DNA of 63,855 bases, counting the filler, from Rhabdomonas costata (Eukaryota): NCBI GenBank assembly GCA_019059605.1. It is 38 parts of 38 records of this genome, joined end to end, with 100 filler letters (N's around TTAATTAATTAA, not from the genome) between each part and the next. Parts side by side here need not be neighbours in the genome. Positions count along the whole stretch, not along the records: positions 11,787 to 13,370 come from JAHMHO010012602.1; positions 13,471 to 15,055 come from JAHMHO010012603.1; positions 15,156 to 16,739 come from JAHMHO010012604.1; positions 16,840 to 18,421 come from JAHMHO010012605.1; positions 18,522 to 20,102 come from JAHMHO010012606.1; positions 20,203 to 21,783 come from JAHMHO010012607.1; positions 21,884 to 23,466 come from JAHMHO010012608.1; positions 23,567 to 25,149 come from JAHMHO010012609.1; 30 more parts are not named here. The stretch is one strand, 5' to 3'. Position numbers and translations under genes: made by a program. The notes below the pieces were generated by a model. That model saw only the letters and a program-made list of their open reading frames with translations. It was not told the origin of the DNA and searched no databases. Shown piece after piece: positions 11,787-23,913 of this stretch (position 1 is its first letter; each line of letters starts with the position of its first letter).

Positions 11787-12413
11787 GGGGGGTTGGTGGC
11801 GATGTACCCGAAGTTTGCGTCGGATGGGCTTCTTGCGGAGCAGGCGCACATTGTGATGGAAGTCGAAGAGGTTGGGCCGCATGCTCGCTTTTTTTTTTTG
11901 ACGTTTTTGATTCTGCACTGCGGTCTTGTTTTGTCTTGTTTTGTGAGAGTTGGAATGTTTTCCAGTGGTAACCGATTGCTTAACTTGAAACATTTCCGAA
12001 GTTTAGTTGAAAAGGCAAAGGTGAAGCATACCTACCCGCATAGCGTGCATAGCCCCATCCTACCCTTTGGTTTTTTGTTTAGTCACCCTGACCCTAACCG
12101 TAACCCTCAGAGGGTGCAAGAACTGTCGCCATTACTAAGAGAGGAAGCGTTTATGTGCGTTTTCCTCCTGCATAACGGGCCATATCATTGGGCTATGTTA
12201 CTCCTCTGGATTTCTGGTTTTGGGTTGGGGACCCTTGCCGGTGAAAGCTTCCATCTCTGCAACAATACTCCGGGTACTCCGGTTTTTTTTTGTGCAGGCG
12301 ACGGTGCTGTTCTCGGACATCTGCAGCTTTACGGCACAGACCAACTCCATCAGTGCAAGTGAGCTGCTGCAGTGGCTGGGATACACTTTTGGAGTGATGG
12401 ATCGCATTGCGCG
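11787..12413 (+). CDS. Class III adenylate/guanylate cyclase catalytic-domain exons
   Basis: Exon to 11870 (LVAMYPKFASDGLL...EVEE) plus 12298-12413 (ATVLFSDICSFTAQTNSISASELLQWLGYTFGVMDRIA), containing the first metal-binding Asp motif. Confidence 0.9.
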
Positions 12414-13799
12414 GTGTTTGTGTGTGAGAAGGGGAGAAGCTTTCCAAAGGCAAAGGAGTGCAAGGCAAGGGGCTTTGAAGTGTGTGTTAACCCCACCCCC
12501 TTCCCCTACCCTTACATTTCGGTACAGTTTTTTCTCTTATCGGTGTTTCCTTCCAGCTTCCAGGTGGGCCTATCTGGCGTCTTCAGCCGGAACCTCATCG
12601 TCGTTCGGGGCCTCATGGGGGAGGGGGGTGCATGTACCACGTATCCTGGCACGTAACGTGACCCTATTCGCTAGACCCCTGTACGAGCCATCGTGCGGTG
12701 GTGGAAATGTGCTGCTGTTGTCGCAAAGGTAAGAATAAAGAATCGAATTAATAATCTGATGTCAAGGTGCAACAGAGGGCGACGCCGAAGCAGCACTGGG
12801 GTTTGGTACACACAGCACGCCTACCGAAACGCGGCATGGCCGGTCCTTGCGACCCTTCACCCTCGGCCGATGGTGGTGCCCCTTGGCGGCTCTTTCATAT
12901 CTCTTTTGCGCCGCTGCCCACGCAGCGGGTTTACGACAACACTCACAACGTACTTTACAAGGAAACACCCAAGCCGAAAGAGGCTCGGCGACTGGCTCTT
13001 GGCCGCCCGCAGCCCACAAATCACCGTATCACTGTATCACTGTATCACTGTCCACTGTCACCCCCGTTAAGTCAATCGATGATCAAAAGATCAAGGATCA
13101 TGGCCTCTGGGGCGACTGTAAATACGAGTATTCCGGCCCACTCCGGTGCCAGCATGAAGTACTCCTGGGCTCTACCCTTAGGTATGCTAAGCAGGCCCGG
13201 CCGAAAGCTCAGGCTCAGTAAGCCGGCCTGGAATGGTCCGAAAAGTGACCCCAGCCACTTGAAAATATAAGTCGAAAATGCCCTTAAAAGTGCCAAAATG
13301 GTACCTTGAAGGAGGCATATCTCGGCGTGGAGAAGGAGTCAGATTCCGCGAAGCGACCAACCAACAACCCNNNNNNNNNNNNNNNNNNNNNNNNNNNNNN
13401 NNNNNNNNNNNNNNTTAATTAATTAANNNNNNNNNNNNNNNNNNNNNNNNNNNNNNNNNNNNNNNNNNNNAACCTTGTCTTCCCCCCCCCCTCATAAAAT
13501 GGCCCTTGAGTCTTCTTTGGGTTTGCCGTGACGCTGTCTCATTCAACCTCACCCGAAGCGTAACCCCTCCCCTCCTCCTACCACTCTGCACCACTGGGCC
13601 ATCCAGCGCTTGTGCGCAGATAGCCCAGCACTTGTGCCCAGACAATTACCCCCGAGCACCTTTTCCTGGGACAACGTTGACCCCACACCCCACAAACAAC
13701 CCCTCCAGTCGCACTCCCAGTTGGGATGTGCTAGTGAAGAATGGCTTGAGTGCCGGGTCTGTGCCTGTCTCCCTCACCGATGCTGAGCCTGCGGGGCAG

Positions 13800-14566
13800 G
13801 CCGTACGTGCTGCCGCTGTGGGTGGCCGTGGTGTGCCTGGTGGGCACGTGGCTGGTGGTTCGCACTCACCCCATGGGGTGGGCCTCCAACACAGCCACTG
13901 CAACTCCGACCCCGACCCCACCCCGGCGGTGCGTGTGTTTGTGCGTGTGCGTGCGTGCGTGTCATAGGAGCGTTTTCACTCCCCCAGTATTTTGGATGCA
14001 GGAAGAGGTGGAGGGCGGAGTGATGTTCGTCTGAGTGGCACTGGGAGATTGTAGAAAGCACACTCCAACCGTGGGGAAACAAATGCCATGCCACGGGTGT
14101 GATTTGCTGAACAGAAAACACGGGGAGATGCAAGACAGCTATATGATGAAGAAATTGCCGAGCGCTTGTGCTCCAACTCCTCGCTTCCACTTCTTCCGCT
14201 TCTACCGCCACCGCAACCCGTAACATGGCCCCCTTTCTCGCAACCCGTCCATTGAAATCTGCTCACAATTCGACCCAAACCGAGTGGATTTTTGAAGACA
14301 AAGAGGTAAAATGGTTACTTAAAATGCAGAAGTGGGATGAGAGTGCCTTCCACCCCACCGTGTTTCCCAGCACCTCCCCGACCTCAGTGGGCATCTCGGC
14401 GTCTGACGGAGCCCAACCCGCCTTGGTTCCGGCCTCGCTGCCCCCGGCTGTCGACAGCTCCTTGCTGGAGGCTTTTTTGCGCCCCAAAATCGGCGCTCCA
14501 CGGCTTGTCAGGTGTGTTAGTGCATGTGGGCATCCAACGAACCTGCGATCGAGCGCGCGCGCGCGC

Positions 14567-14602
<36 letters not shown>

Positions 14603-15050
14603 CGAGTGAGAGCTGGGTGTGAAGGGAGAACACTTGTACGGATACTGTTCGGCACCGAAGTCGGCTCGAATCCATATCACGGTCTAACAATCTGGTCTCC
14701 TTTAGGCGGTAGGCTGAAGGCAACTCTGGCCCCACCCTAACCAGGAATAAGGGGGCCAGCAGGTACCTCATGTTGGGTACCCATGCCTGGACATGACGGA
14801 GTCTCGAGCAGTCGCGAGACTTAAGACTTTAGACTGAGAAATGTTTATCTCTCTCCCACAACACAAAGGATGGCGAAGAATCACAAAAAATGACAAATTG
14901 CAGAAAAGGCGGAGCCACAGCACTCGCACTGTCTGTATGGGCAAAGTGCCGTGGAGTCTGAGCTGGCCGAGGAGTACCTCAAGCGCACCGGCAAGCGCTG
15001 CTTGACCCGTCGCGAGCACCTTCGACGCCACCCTCCTGGAGCTGCCCACA
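13800..15050 (+). CDS. Putative type II membrane protein (TM helix plus Pro/Thr-rich stem), three candidate exons
   Basis: Candidate exons 13800-13928 (PYVLPLWVAVVCLVGTWLVV..TATPTPTPP), about 14330-14511 and about 14947-15050. Junction phases are only partly resolved. Confidence 0.45.
14553..14601. repeat. (GC)n(AC)n compound microsatellite
   Basis: gcgcgcgcgcgcgc acacgc (ac)n, seen directly. Confidence 0.95.
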
Positions 15051-16520
15051 CAAAANNNNNNNNNNNNNNNNNNNNNNNNNNNNNNNNNNNNNNNNNNNNT
15101 TAATTAATTAANNNNNNNNNNNNNNNNNNNNNNNNNNNNNNNNNNNNNNNNNNNNGGGGGGGTGGTACTGAACTCCAGATTTCATTTGCAACATGAACAC
15201 GAGTAAGATTCTTTCCCATCATAATATGCACTGTTATCTCCACCCAGTTAATCAAAGGTTTGAACTTATGAAGGAAATGATGGCCCAACACAATGTGAAG
15301 ATGAATTTCAATAACACGCAGAAGAATAGCCTCACATGCAACTCTACTATCTTCACTTGAAAGCAAAAATAGTGCTTCTGTAAGAGTATTCCAATTTTCC
15401 ACATGCACATTAATCTGCTACTTCAAAGGCAATATTTTGTAGCATGTCTCCCGGTGAAAGTTGGAGCAACATTTTGCTTTGCTGGAATTGGTAGTTTCAT
15501 ACTTGTTCATCAGTGAGGAAATAGCAAAGGAGTTGGCGCTTTTTCAAAGGTAGAGGCCACGTACTACTGGTCCGGGGACAGTGGCGTGACTGATTTCAAC
15601 GAGACTGCTGTATGCTTCGATGGTTCCGCCACCATTGCACACAAAATGGGCTGCAATCCTTGCATAGACATAGGAGCGGCCGCTAGCTCTGAAGAGGCAA
15701 GTGTTGACGACTTCGAAGAAACAGGAGCGTCATGTGTGGACGAATGAAATGCTGTAGGTGTGTCATAAGACAACGCGTGATCTGCCAGTTTAGAATAGGC
15801 TTTTACATTGTCTCGTAGTGGTTTCCATACTGCATCAGCAGCTTGGGCTGGTTTCCGGAAGTTTAGTTGCCGTGCACTTAATTGTTTTAATTTTTCTGAA
15901 GAAAACTGACATGGGCTGCTACGGGACAACCTACTGTCTCAAGCCTAGGATACTCTCCGCAAGAACTCGCAATGCTGGCTGAGGCAATTGGCCATCAAAT
16001 AGAGACAAGGTCCTCCACAGACCAGTTCTCTATCCTCAGGAAGTCGCGAAGCTGGCTATGGCAATCGGCTAACAAAGCGAGACAAGATCACTCACAAGCC
16101 AGGTCTCTATGAATAGGTAGGCTTCTGCGCGGACTCACGGCGGACACTCCGCATGTCTCCTGTCCGGGCACGCCGCATCCATTTGGCACTCTGCAAAACT
16201 CCTCCTAAGACATCACTCCGCATGCCATCTGCTGAAGCAGTCCGCATGCTTTATAGAGCAATCTGGTGGCCCTAAGAAGGAGTGGATTATGGTGTCTCTG
16301 GATCACTGTGGAGGGCTCTCTGCAAGCAACCCGCTGTCTCGACAAATGTGCTCTAGTCTGCCAGAGGTTAGCACTCGCAGCTGGGGTCACAGAACTAAAT
16401 GCTACCGTAGGGATTGCTCCGCACGTGCTCAGTGGGAACTATTTTGTCTAATCGACGTTGATGACATCCGAAGTCAGCATCTGACTTTGCGACTCCTCAA
16501 CCTGAATGTGCACTCGCATG

Positions 16521-16739
16521 GTGGGATTAGACGCTCCTCACTCAAAAATCCAGTAATCTGTCTTCGATGGATCGATGGATCGATGGATTCACTTTCCGCT
16601 AATCAAGGAAAATAGTTTACCACAATGAAACGTTGGGTGGCAACTATTTTCCTTGATTAGCGGAAAGTGAATCCATCGATCCATCGATCCATCGAAGACA
16701 GATTACTGGATTTTGGAGTGCGGAGCGTCCAAACCCCAC
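16521..16739. repeat. Contig-terminal inverted repeat, arms about 97 bp
   Basis: 16521-16617 is the reverse complement of 16642-16739. Mismatches occur only toward the contig end. Confidence 0.9.
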
Positions 16740-17255
16740 NNNNNNNNNNNNNNNNNNNNNNNNNNNNNNNNNNNNNNNNNNNNTTAATTAATTAANNNNN
16801 NNNNNNNNNNNNNNNNNNNNNNNNNNNNNNNNNNNNNNNTTTGTTTTGGTCCCACTTCTCCTTCTCCGACTGCCAATAAAGATTGCATGGACATAAACTA
16901 TTAACTTCCGTACGTATTTTGATACGGCGGGCCCACTATTGTCAACAGGTGAACGTAGTTGCTCTTAGTCGACCCATATTGTGCCCGTATATGATTGAAA
17001 TGGGTTTGCCATAATATATGGATGCGGTGAGCAGAGTGGTGCCCGTATCGTATCGCCCGTCTGGTGGCTGGGAAACATGCTTCAGTGCTCTCAGCATGCA
17101 TATGTAATGATTCGCTGACCAGAAAGGGGTTTGGGAAAAATACTGGTGTGCTCCAGTTCCCAGGGATCTCCAGAATTCGGATCCGAATTCTTCAGAAATC
17201 GACTGAAAAATCTAAATTCTTGGAGCACCCTCTCTGGACACTGTGCACGGTGCAG

Positions 17256-17448
17256 CCTGTACGTCATTGAGGACGTGGAGACGTCGTACTACGGCGCCCC
17301 GTGGTGCGGAGGCTATGGCAACCCCAAGACCACCGTGGAGTGGGCCAAGCGGAAGCTCCCCACTGTGCTCGCCGGGACATCGCGCAGCCCTAGCGAGCCG
17401 GTGCTGATTTACTTCGGCGCCAATATGATTGCTTTCCGGAAACGGTGA
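17256..17448 (+). CDS. Terminal exon of a class I SAM methyltransferase (MycE/ElmM sugar O-methyltransferase-like)
   Basis: cag|C then LYVIEDVETSYYGAPWCGG...IAFRKR-stop, matching the G(G)xYVIEDxxTSY...GG motif. Confidence 0.75.
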
Positions 17449-17712
17449 GGGGCCTACACAGCTGGCCAACAGCTCCACCGTACTGGCCTTTTACGGGTCA
17501 CAGCGTTGTAACAATTGTCACTTTCACTGGTCGATCGCGGTCGGGTTTCGAGGCATTTGCAGTATCTTCGCAAGCAGAACTGCGCACGTGCCCACCTACA
17601 AAGCTCAAAGAGAAAATTGAAAGGGGCATTTGCTGAACGCCATGCTATTCCCCGTTTTCCAGCTGATTTGCAGTCAATTTCAACAGAGGGCAACACCATA
17701 TCAAAAAGTTTG

Positions 17713-17730
17713 AACCCTAACCCTAACCCT
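17713..17730. repeat. Interstitial telomere-type repeat (AACCCT)3
   Basis: aaccctaaccctaaccct; a degenerate copy also lies at about 12085-12106. Confidence 0.7.
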
Positions 17731-18530
17731 TCTTTAGGGCCTATTGCCCGCCCTTTCGGAGCGACATCGGGCCGGCATACCAAGCCTTGGCTTTGGGCCG
17801 GGCCCTAACGCCAAACTGGCCAAAATAACAACTTTAACAACTTAAGTCACTAAATCTAAAGTTTTCTTCTCGGATGCGATTCCAAAAAAGCGGATGTGCA
17901 GAAAAAAAAAGAAATTTTTGTATTTTGATACGATAGAAAACTGAAGCAGACAGGATTTCATGAACACTGCCTACGTTTATTATGGCCAAACTTGGTATCA
18001 TCACGGCATTTTTAGATGCTAAATGCCGCCAGTTGCGCCATATGCTTTGTGACTGCTATAATGGAAGAGATGCTGTACTTTTTGGGAGCTTATCGGATCC
18101 TTTGCAAAGGAACATGTGGATGCAACCGCAACTATGAAAAACAATAAATAGAGGAGCTTTGCTTAAAATTGGCGCACAAGCACGCACACCACACACACAC
18201 AGACATCACCACACACACGAAACACTACACTACACCCCTACCTTGTTTCGTTATTTGAACACAGACACAATTTCAAGTACATGCGCGCAAATAATACCAA
18301 ACATAGATCGGTAACAAAGCAAATCCCATCTGCGCGCACAAATGTTGAACACAATTAAAAAAACAGGCACAACGAGAGGGTGCACCAAAGAAATTACAAG
18401 ATTCAAGTGGTACACAACACANNNNNNNNNNNNNNNNNNNNNNNNNNNNNNNNNNNNNNNNNNNNTTAATTAATTAANNNNNNNNNNNNNNNNNNNNNNN
18501 NNNNNNNNNNNNNNNNNNNNNCGTTCTCAG

Positions 18531-18728
18531 GTTGCTGGGCTGATGGTGACCGTCTCTGCGTGTCATTGCCTGCAACTGTCCCCAAAGTTCCTGCATGCCC
18601 TGATTGGCCAGCTCTTCGCGGCCCTGCTGGGCTGGTCAGCCTTCACCACCATCACCCACCCCATCACCAACGCGAGAGCACCACACGACACCTACGAAGA
18701 CAGCGAAACCAGCACCCCACCAGACTGA
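18531..18728 (+). CDS. Terminal exon of a membrane protein
   Basis: cag acceptor, hydrophobic segments (FLHALIGQLFAALLGWSAF), polar tail and TGA. Confidence 0.55.
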   Translation, partial: VAGLMVTVSACHCLQLSPKFLHALIGQLFAALLGWSAFTTITHPITNARAPHDTYEDSETSTPPD

Positions 18729-18817
18729 CTCTTCCTCCCATGACTGCCCAAAGAATTCCTTCTCTTTAGCCCCATTTGCGTTGCCCTCATCCTCAAGCCT
18801 CATGAGGGGGGCTCAGC

Positions 18818-19828
18818 ATGGAGCAACGGAAAATAGAACTCACCAAAGAGCTCAAATCGGCATTTCCGGTGTAAGAGCGCGCATTTTATGTGCTGTTATC
18901 GGTAGAGGTCGTGGAAGGGGGCTGAGTGTGGCAAGGGGACGAGGGAGTCCCCTGGAGTCCCTAGTGCTTGCTTGGCTCGTGTGTGCAGCTTGACGGACGG
19001 GCTGGGACCTCGCTTCAAGGAGGTGCTGGAGTGCCTGGTGTTCGTGTTCCACAGCCAGGTTCCCACAGAGGTCCGGCGGTCGCTTACCTTCCCCTTTCAG
19101 ACTCATACGCACTGAGTACCGTTCTCTTCACAAGATCAGCAAGAGATTCTCTGGTGCAAACGTGAAGTGAGAATGAGAGGGTTCACACAACCACAAGCTC
19201 ACGCTCTGTCCCCTTGTTTGCTTGTTTGGGGAATCGGGGGGTAGTCACGGATAATGCGCCTCCGAATGCACGTGAATGCGTCGACGTGCGAACACACCCT
19301 GTGAGATACGCAAGCTTTATCCGCCCCCGTTCACCGATGGATGCCACAAAGGGAGGGCGAAGCAGAGCTTCAGGAGGAAGGCGCACGAGAAGAACGAGAT
19401 AAGGCCTTTAGCGCCTGCAAGACCCTCCTCTGTCTCTCACAGAGCCCCCAAATGACCCGTCCCCCGTACCGCCCATTTTCATATGAAATGCTCCTTAAAC
19501 AAGCTGGCGGATGCGGCGACCCCCGCCTGCCGAAGCGAAAAACAGATACACGGAGGTCCCAACAGCCTCGACAAGCGAGGAATATGAGACTGATGTCTGA
19601 GATTTGGCAAGGAAGGCCACACACACGCAAACACAAATTCCGTCGAAATTCCGTCACAAATCTGTTTGGTTCCTCCCACCCCACACGCATTTCGCTTCGC
19701 AGAGCGTGGGGAGCCTGCCTGTGGTGGCCGCTATCCCTGCGATCCTCCAAGCAGACTGGGGCCCGTTTTGGGAGCTCGCCTCGGACGTGCTGGACAGCAC
19801 CAGCAGCCAAAGCATGGTGCGGTACCTG
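18818..19828 (+). CDS. 5' three exons of an unknown protein, possibly RUN-domain-like
   Basis: Exons 18818-18870, 18989-19058 and 19703-19828 join in frame via GT-AG: MEQRKIEL...EVLECLVFVFHSQ...GPFWELASDVL. Confidence 0.6.
19582..19618 (+). repeat. Dispersed repeat family A copy (intronic)
   Basis: Similar to the reverse complement of 8782-8817. Confidence 0.65.
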
Positions 19829-20517
19829 GTGAGCGCCATGCTGAGGCATAGGTGTGCTGCCCTGCGCCTGTTGGTGGGCGATGGGTCGGGGGTGAAGGTT
19901 TCTGTCTGTTTCATGACCCCCCCCGCTCATTTCAAAACTATCATTTGTGAGCGTTTCATGAGGATTGACTTTTGTCTCATTTTGGAATTTATAGTTTCTA
20001 AACTAGAGTGGACTACATTCCCTTTTTTTTCTGGATTTGCTCGAATCCCAACTTTGGTTACTAGAATCCAATGCCCCCCCGCTGAGGAGTATCCACAAAC
20101 CCNNNNNNNNNNNNNNNNNNNNNNNNNNNNNNNNNNNNNNNNNNNNTTAATTAATTAANNNNNNNNNNNNNNNNNNNNNNNNNNNNNNNNNNNNNNNNNN
20201 NNTTTTGTGGGTATTGAACTCTGTCTATCTCAGAAAATGATTGAGTAATGTGACTGTGTGTGTGTGTGTGGGGGGGATTCGCTTCGTATATCAGCTCAAA
20301 GGCTGATATGCCACCGGTTGTTTTTCTCCCGTTCCGTGATGAGGACTCTCCGTGCTTTCTGACTGTGGGTTTGTTTATGCGCATCAAGAGGGAAGCTTGG
20401 AATGTTTGTTTGTGTGGTGGTCAAACGGGATGTAGAGCGTTGGGAGCGTTGGACACCAATGAATGAACTCTAAACGCGCCAGCCCTTTGGGGCAGGGGAG
20501 GCGGAGAGGTGAGAGAG

Positions 20518-20635
20518 AAGGGGGTGAGGACCGATGGGCGCCCCATCGAGAGTGGGGGCCCAGGCGGGAAAATGAAACGCGTTTTTTTCCAGAAAAAACT
20601 CACCCTGGCCAAGTGCACGAAGTGCGTGTTTATAT
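20518..20635 (+). repeat. Dispersed repeat family B copy (SINE/MITE-like, with hairpin)
   Basis: Aligns over about 120 nt with 27105-27226: gtgagg.ccgatggg...cccatcga.ag..ggg.gcccagg...ccagaaaaaactca.cct.g..aagtgcac.aagtg. Confidence 0.85.
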
Positions 20636-20762
20636 GGAGGTGCGTCTTTCGTTTTGCTCCTTGAGCTTTGGTCTGGAGCCTTTTTTCCTTTGTGCAGTAA
20701 AGCGCTTCGGCTCTGTATGCCGCAACGAACACAGAAGACCCCCCCCTCCCCTCCGCGCCCAG

Positions 20763-21379
20763 GCGGCCTCGGACAAGGTGCTGTGCTGGACGATGACCGC
20801 ACCGACGTTCCGCCTTATGGCGGCCAAGACCCCGGTTCGGAGAAGGCAGCTGTACATGCAGCTCCTGACGAAAGTCCCGCTGCTGGCCACGATGACCCGC
20901 ACAGAGCTGGCGCAGCTGGCGGATGCGGTGGTGCCCGCCAGTTTCTCGGCAGGGTACGCTCTTACCACCGATTGTGACAATACTCGATGTTTTTTCGTAT
21001 TGGATAGGGATGGGAAAGGATGGGACATGATGTGTTTTGAGGTAATGTGATGTGTCCCCGCCCCCCTGTCACCATCCCTTCATGTTGAACCGGCAAAGCA
21101 CACTACGAAATGCCCTCTCCGGATGGACGGCCGACTAGTGTTTCTTCTGCCTTTGTTGTACGGCGCTTTGTGTGAGGGGTCGAGACGCATTGCTAATCTC
21201 CGATGAGAAGCTTTTCGGAGACCGCTGATGCTGGAACGCTGATAGCTGGCCTCTGTGCTTCTCCTTCCTTGGTCAGGCAGCACCTCATCCACTACAACAC
21301 GGAGGCGACCTCGCTTCATTTTGTCATGGAGGGTGCCGTTGTTGTCGTGGGGCGGGACTGCCGTGGCGGATTTGTTCAG
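20763..21379 (+). CDS. Tandem cyclic-nucleotide-binding domain protein (PKA-R/PKG-like)
   Basis: Exons 20763-20953 (CWTMTAPTFR...RRQLYMQLLTKVPLLATMTRTELAQLADAVVPASFSAG) and 21277-21379 (QHLIHYNTEATSLHFVMEGAV), phase 2 junction. Confidence 0.88.
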
Positions 21380-21464
21380 GTGTGAGTAGGGAGAGTGAGA
21401 TGTAACATCCGAGAACATATCTCATGTCTCGCATCAGTGCCTTTTGGAACAGATGTTGGCGAGC

Positions 21465-21777
21465 TGTGGGTTTTTCAGCCCTCATTTCGTCTTTCCATCT
21501 TCACTCCTTGCTTGCGCATATATATATCCAAGGAAGTAGGGCTGAAAACAGTCGGGCCACGGGGAGTATTGCGAGAGAACTTGGGCTCATAAGGTTAGTA
21601 ATGGTGGTAAAGATAAATCGAGGTTACGGTTACCACTCTCCGGTCCCCAAAAAGTGAGCAGAGCCCTCCCAGCGCGGCACACCCTAAAATTGGGCTGTGT
21701 CCCAGTTCGTTTGTGCAAGCGCCTTGTGTATCTAATCTCCTGGAGGAAAAGACGAAATGAGGGCTGAAAAACCCACA
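21465..21777. mobile_element. About 310-bp unit with about 30-bp inverted termini (MITE candidate or fold-back artefact)
   Basis: tgtgggtttttcagccctcatttcgtcttt at 21465 and its reverse complement at about 21748-21777. Confidence 0.5.
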
Positions 21778-22314
21778 ACCCCCNNNNNNNNNNNNNNNNN
21801 NNNNNNNNNNNNNNNNNNNNNNNNNNNTTAATTAATTAANNNNNNNNNNNNNNNNNNNNNNNNNNNNNNNNNNNNNNNNNNNNGGGTTGGTGTTTCTGAG
21901 AAGCTTTCAATTGAAGTCCTGTGAACGCTGGGAATGCCGCTAGGCACGTGTGCATTTGATAGGTTTCAAACGCTCTCATCGTACCGAGACTAAAGAGCAC
22001 GCGTTCCGAGTTTGCGGAATAACGTGCAAACAATAACATAGTTTCTCTTAAAGTCGGTTGAAATGCTGTATTTGGGAGGCATGGTTGTAAGTTAAACACA
22101 TTTACGCATTCAAAAGACGACCTGAGGACGTGTTTTCTGGGGTGGTAGGCAACTTGAAGGAGGGGAGCTGTTCAATTTCTCAACGCAGGTGGGCACGTAT
22201 GTCACGATATGTGATACAATTCTTCCCCATTTCTCACTTTCAACATCGCGTGCGCCATTTCTCAGCCAAAAGGCAAGGCAAGGGGATCCCACTATTCAGG
22301 AACTGGTGGCAAAC

Positions 22315-22422
22315 CTGGACCAGGGACTTAGCAAACTTGTGGAGGTTGTATCGGTTGGTACCCTTCTTGTACTGCTTCTTGGGCTTGAACGTCTTATCCT
22401 TGTCAAACAGCCTCCGGAGCAT
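22315..22422 (-). CDS. MOB1: MOB1 kinase activator, first coding exon
   Basis: MLRRLFDKDKTFKPKKQYKKGTNRYNLHKFAKSLVQ|gtttgc, with the KTFKPKK..GT..Y.L signature and start context gccgccacaATG. Confidence 0.92.
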
Positions 22423-22589
22423 TGTGGCGGCAGCTGCCACTTTCTCTCCCACACAGAAAGGAAATGCACCGACAACTGGTCTCACTAGACAGGGTGAACA
22501 GAAATGGAAACTGAGTCTGAAAACGAAGGCCAGGTCAGCCTATGCCAGCGTATGGCTGTTGTTTTCTGGTAGGAGCCAGTGACAATAGT

Positions 22590-22985
22590 GTTCTATGTAA
22601 ATATGTAAATAGTGTTTTCCATTTGAATCCCGGAGAATCTGAAGGAGCAGCGATGCGCGTAACCTTGGATTGTAACAAAAGAATTTGCAGGGGCTACAGT
22701 GGAACAAGGTTCCGTGGAACATATGTTGCTCAGGAAGTCTTTGGTCTCTTTAGTCAGGACGCGCCAGGGAGCTTATTCCAAAGCAACACCAGAATGGCAA
22801 CGTTGCAGTGCGTTTTACGCCCTTCCCCCAACCGAGGGCGTCCCATAGGGGATTCGAGTGCATACTGATATTCGGCGAGTAACACGAAGAACAGCTTCGG
22901 ACCATTCTTGCGATGCTCTTGAAAGAAGGTTTTTCAGGGTAACTCGTGTCTAAGTTTCCCGCACCCAGGATACTCAAGTGCGCAC
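22590..22985 (+). mobile_element. Highly decayed Ty3/Gypsy reverse transcriptase relic
   Basis: In order: TRFRGTY..VFGLFSQDAPGSLFQ (cf. MPFGLxNAPxTFQ), then FECILIFGE*HEEQLRTILAMLLKEGF..SKF (cf. YxDDILIF..HxxHLRxVL..L...G...KC). Confidence 0.6.
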
Positions 22986-23913
22986 TGATCCAGCCACCAA
23001 AGCGACTTTCACGCTTCAGTGCCACCCATAAAACACCTAACCCAGGGTCCATCTTCCGTGCAAGGGCGACGGTACCAAAACCACTCAAACACCCAACAAA
23101 AGTTCAAAACAAGCAACCTTTTTACAGCATGAGGGGGAGACACACAACTGGCTGGTGCATCTTCTCTTCAGGTGCCCCCCTTTCTTTTCCTGCACGCAAG
23201 GGATGCAACACAGCTCGGCCTAGGCCAGGCTGGAAAAAGAAGGGAGGGCACCTCCACACACGCTCACACCAAAAAACCAACAAAGGCGTAGAGGCACAGA
23301 GGCGAAAAGCACCTTGGGAACGGTAACCCAATGTGAGCTGGGAAGCATAGAACGGTGCTGGAGGCAGCTTTTCATATTCTTTGACTCTAACCCACAGAAA
23401 CGTGAGAACCTGCTTAACTCCGCAACCGTTCCACTTTATGACAATCAAATCAATGAACCAAACCCANNNNNNNNNNNNNNNNNNNNNNNNNNNNNNNNNN
23501 NNNNNNNNNNTTAATTAATTAANNNNNNNNNNNNNNNNNNNNNNNNNNNNNNNNNNNNNNNNNNNNTTTTTTTGTGGGTTTTTTGCGGGCAGCGAACTTT
23601 CAGTTGCTTTGCCGAGAGGAGATTGCAGTATATTGTTCATGCCATCGGCACGATGTCGTTCGTTTGAAACAATCCCCACGGGACATTGGTCCTGGACAGC
23701 GCAGCCGCGAATTAGCTAATTCACAATGCCCGGGGGTATTGTCTCAAACGAACGTTGCACCAGATGCAGCGTTCGAAACAAAGCTTATGTCCTGGGATGC
23801 CTTTTTTGCTCTCCACTCGACCCAGTGGAAGTAATAGAGTGCGTATCCGTCATCGTATACCTCAAGCTAGAAATTTTACTTTCTCAGATGTCCCCCCCTC
23901 TCAATGCTGCACA

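Noticed and set aside
14640-14680. T-loop-like ggctcgaatcc suggesting a tRNA
   Set aside because: No acceptor, D or anticodon stems could be built. No tRNA, rRNA or spliced-leader RNA gene was found by eye.
17172-17192. Palindrome agaattcggatccgaattct (EcoRI-BamHI-EcoRI) suggesting a vector polylinker
   Set aside because: Isolated intronic 20-mer with no other vector sequence.
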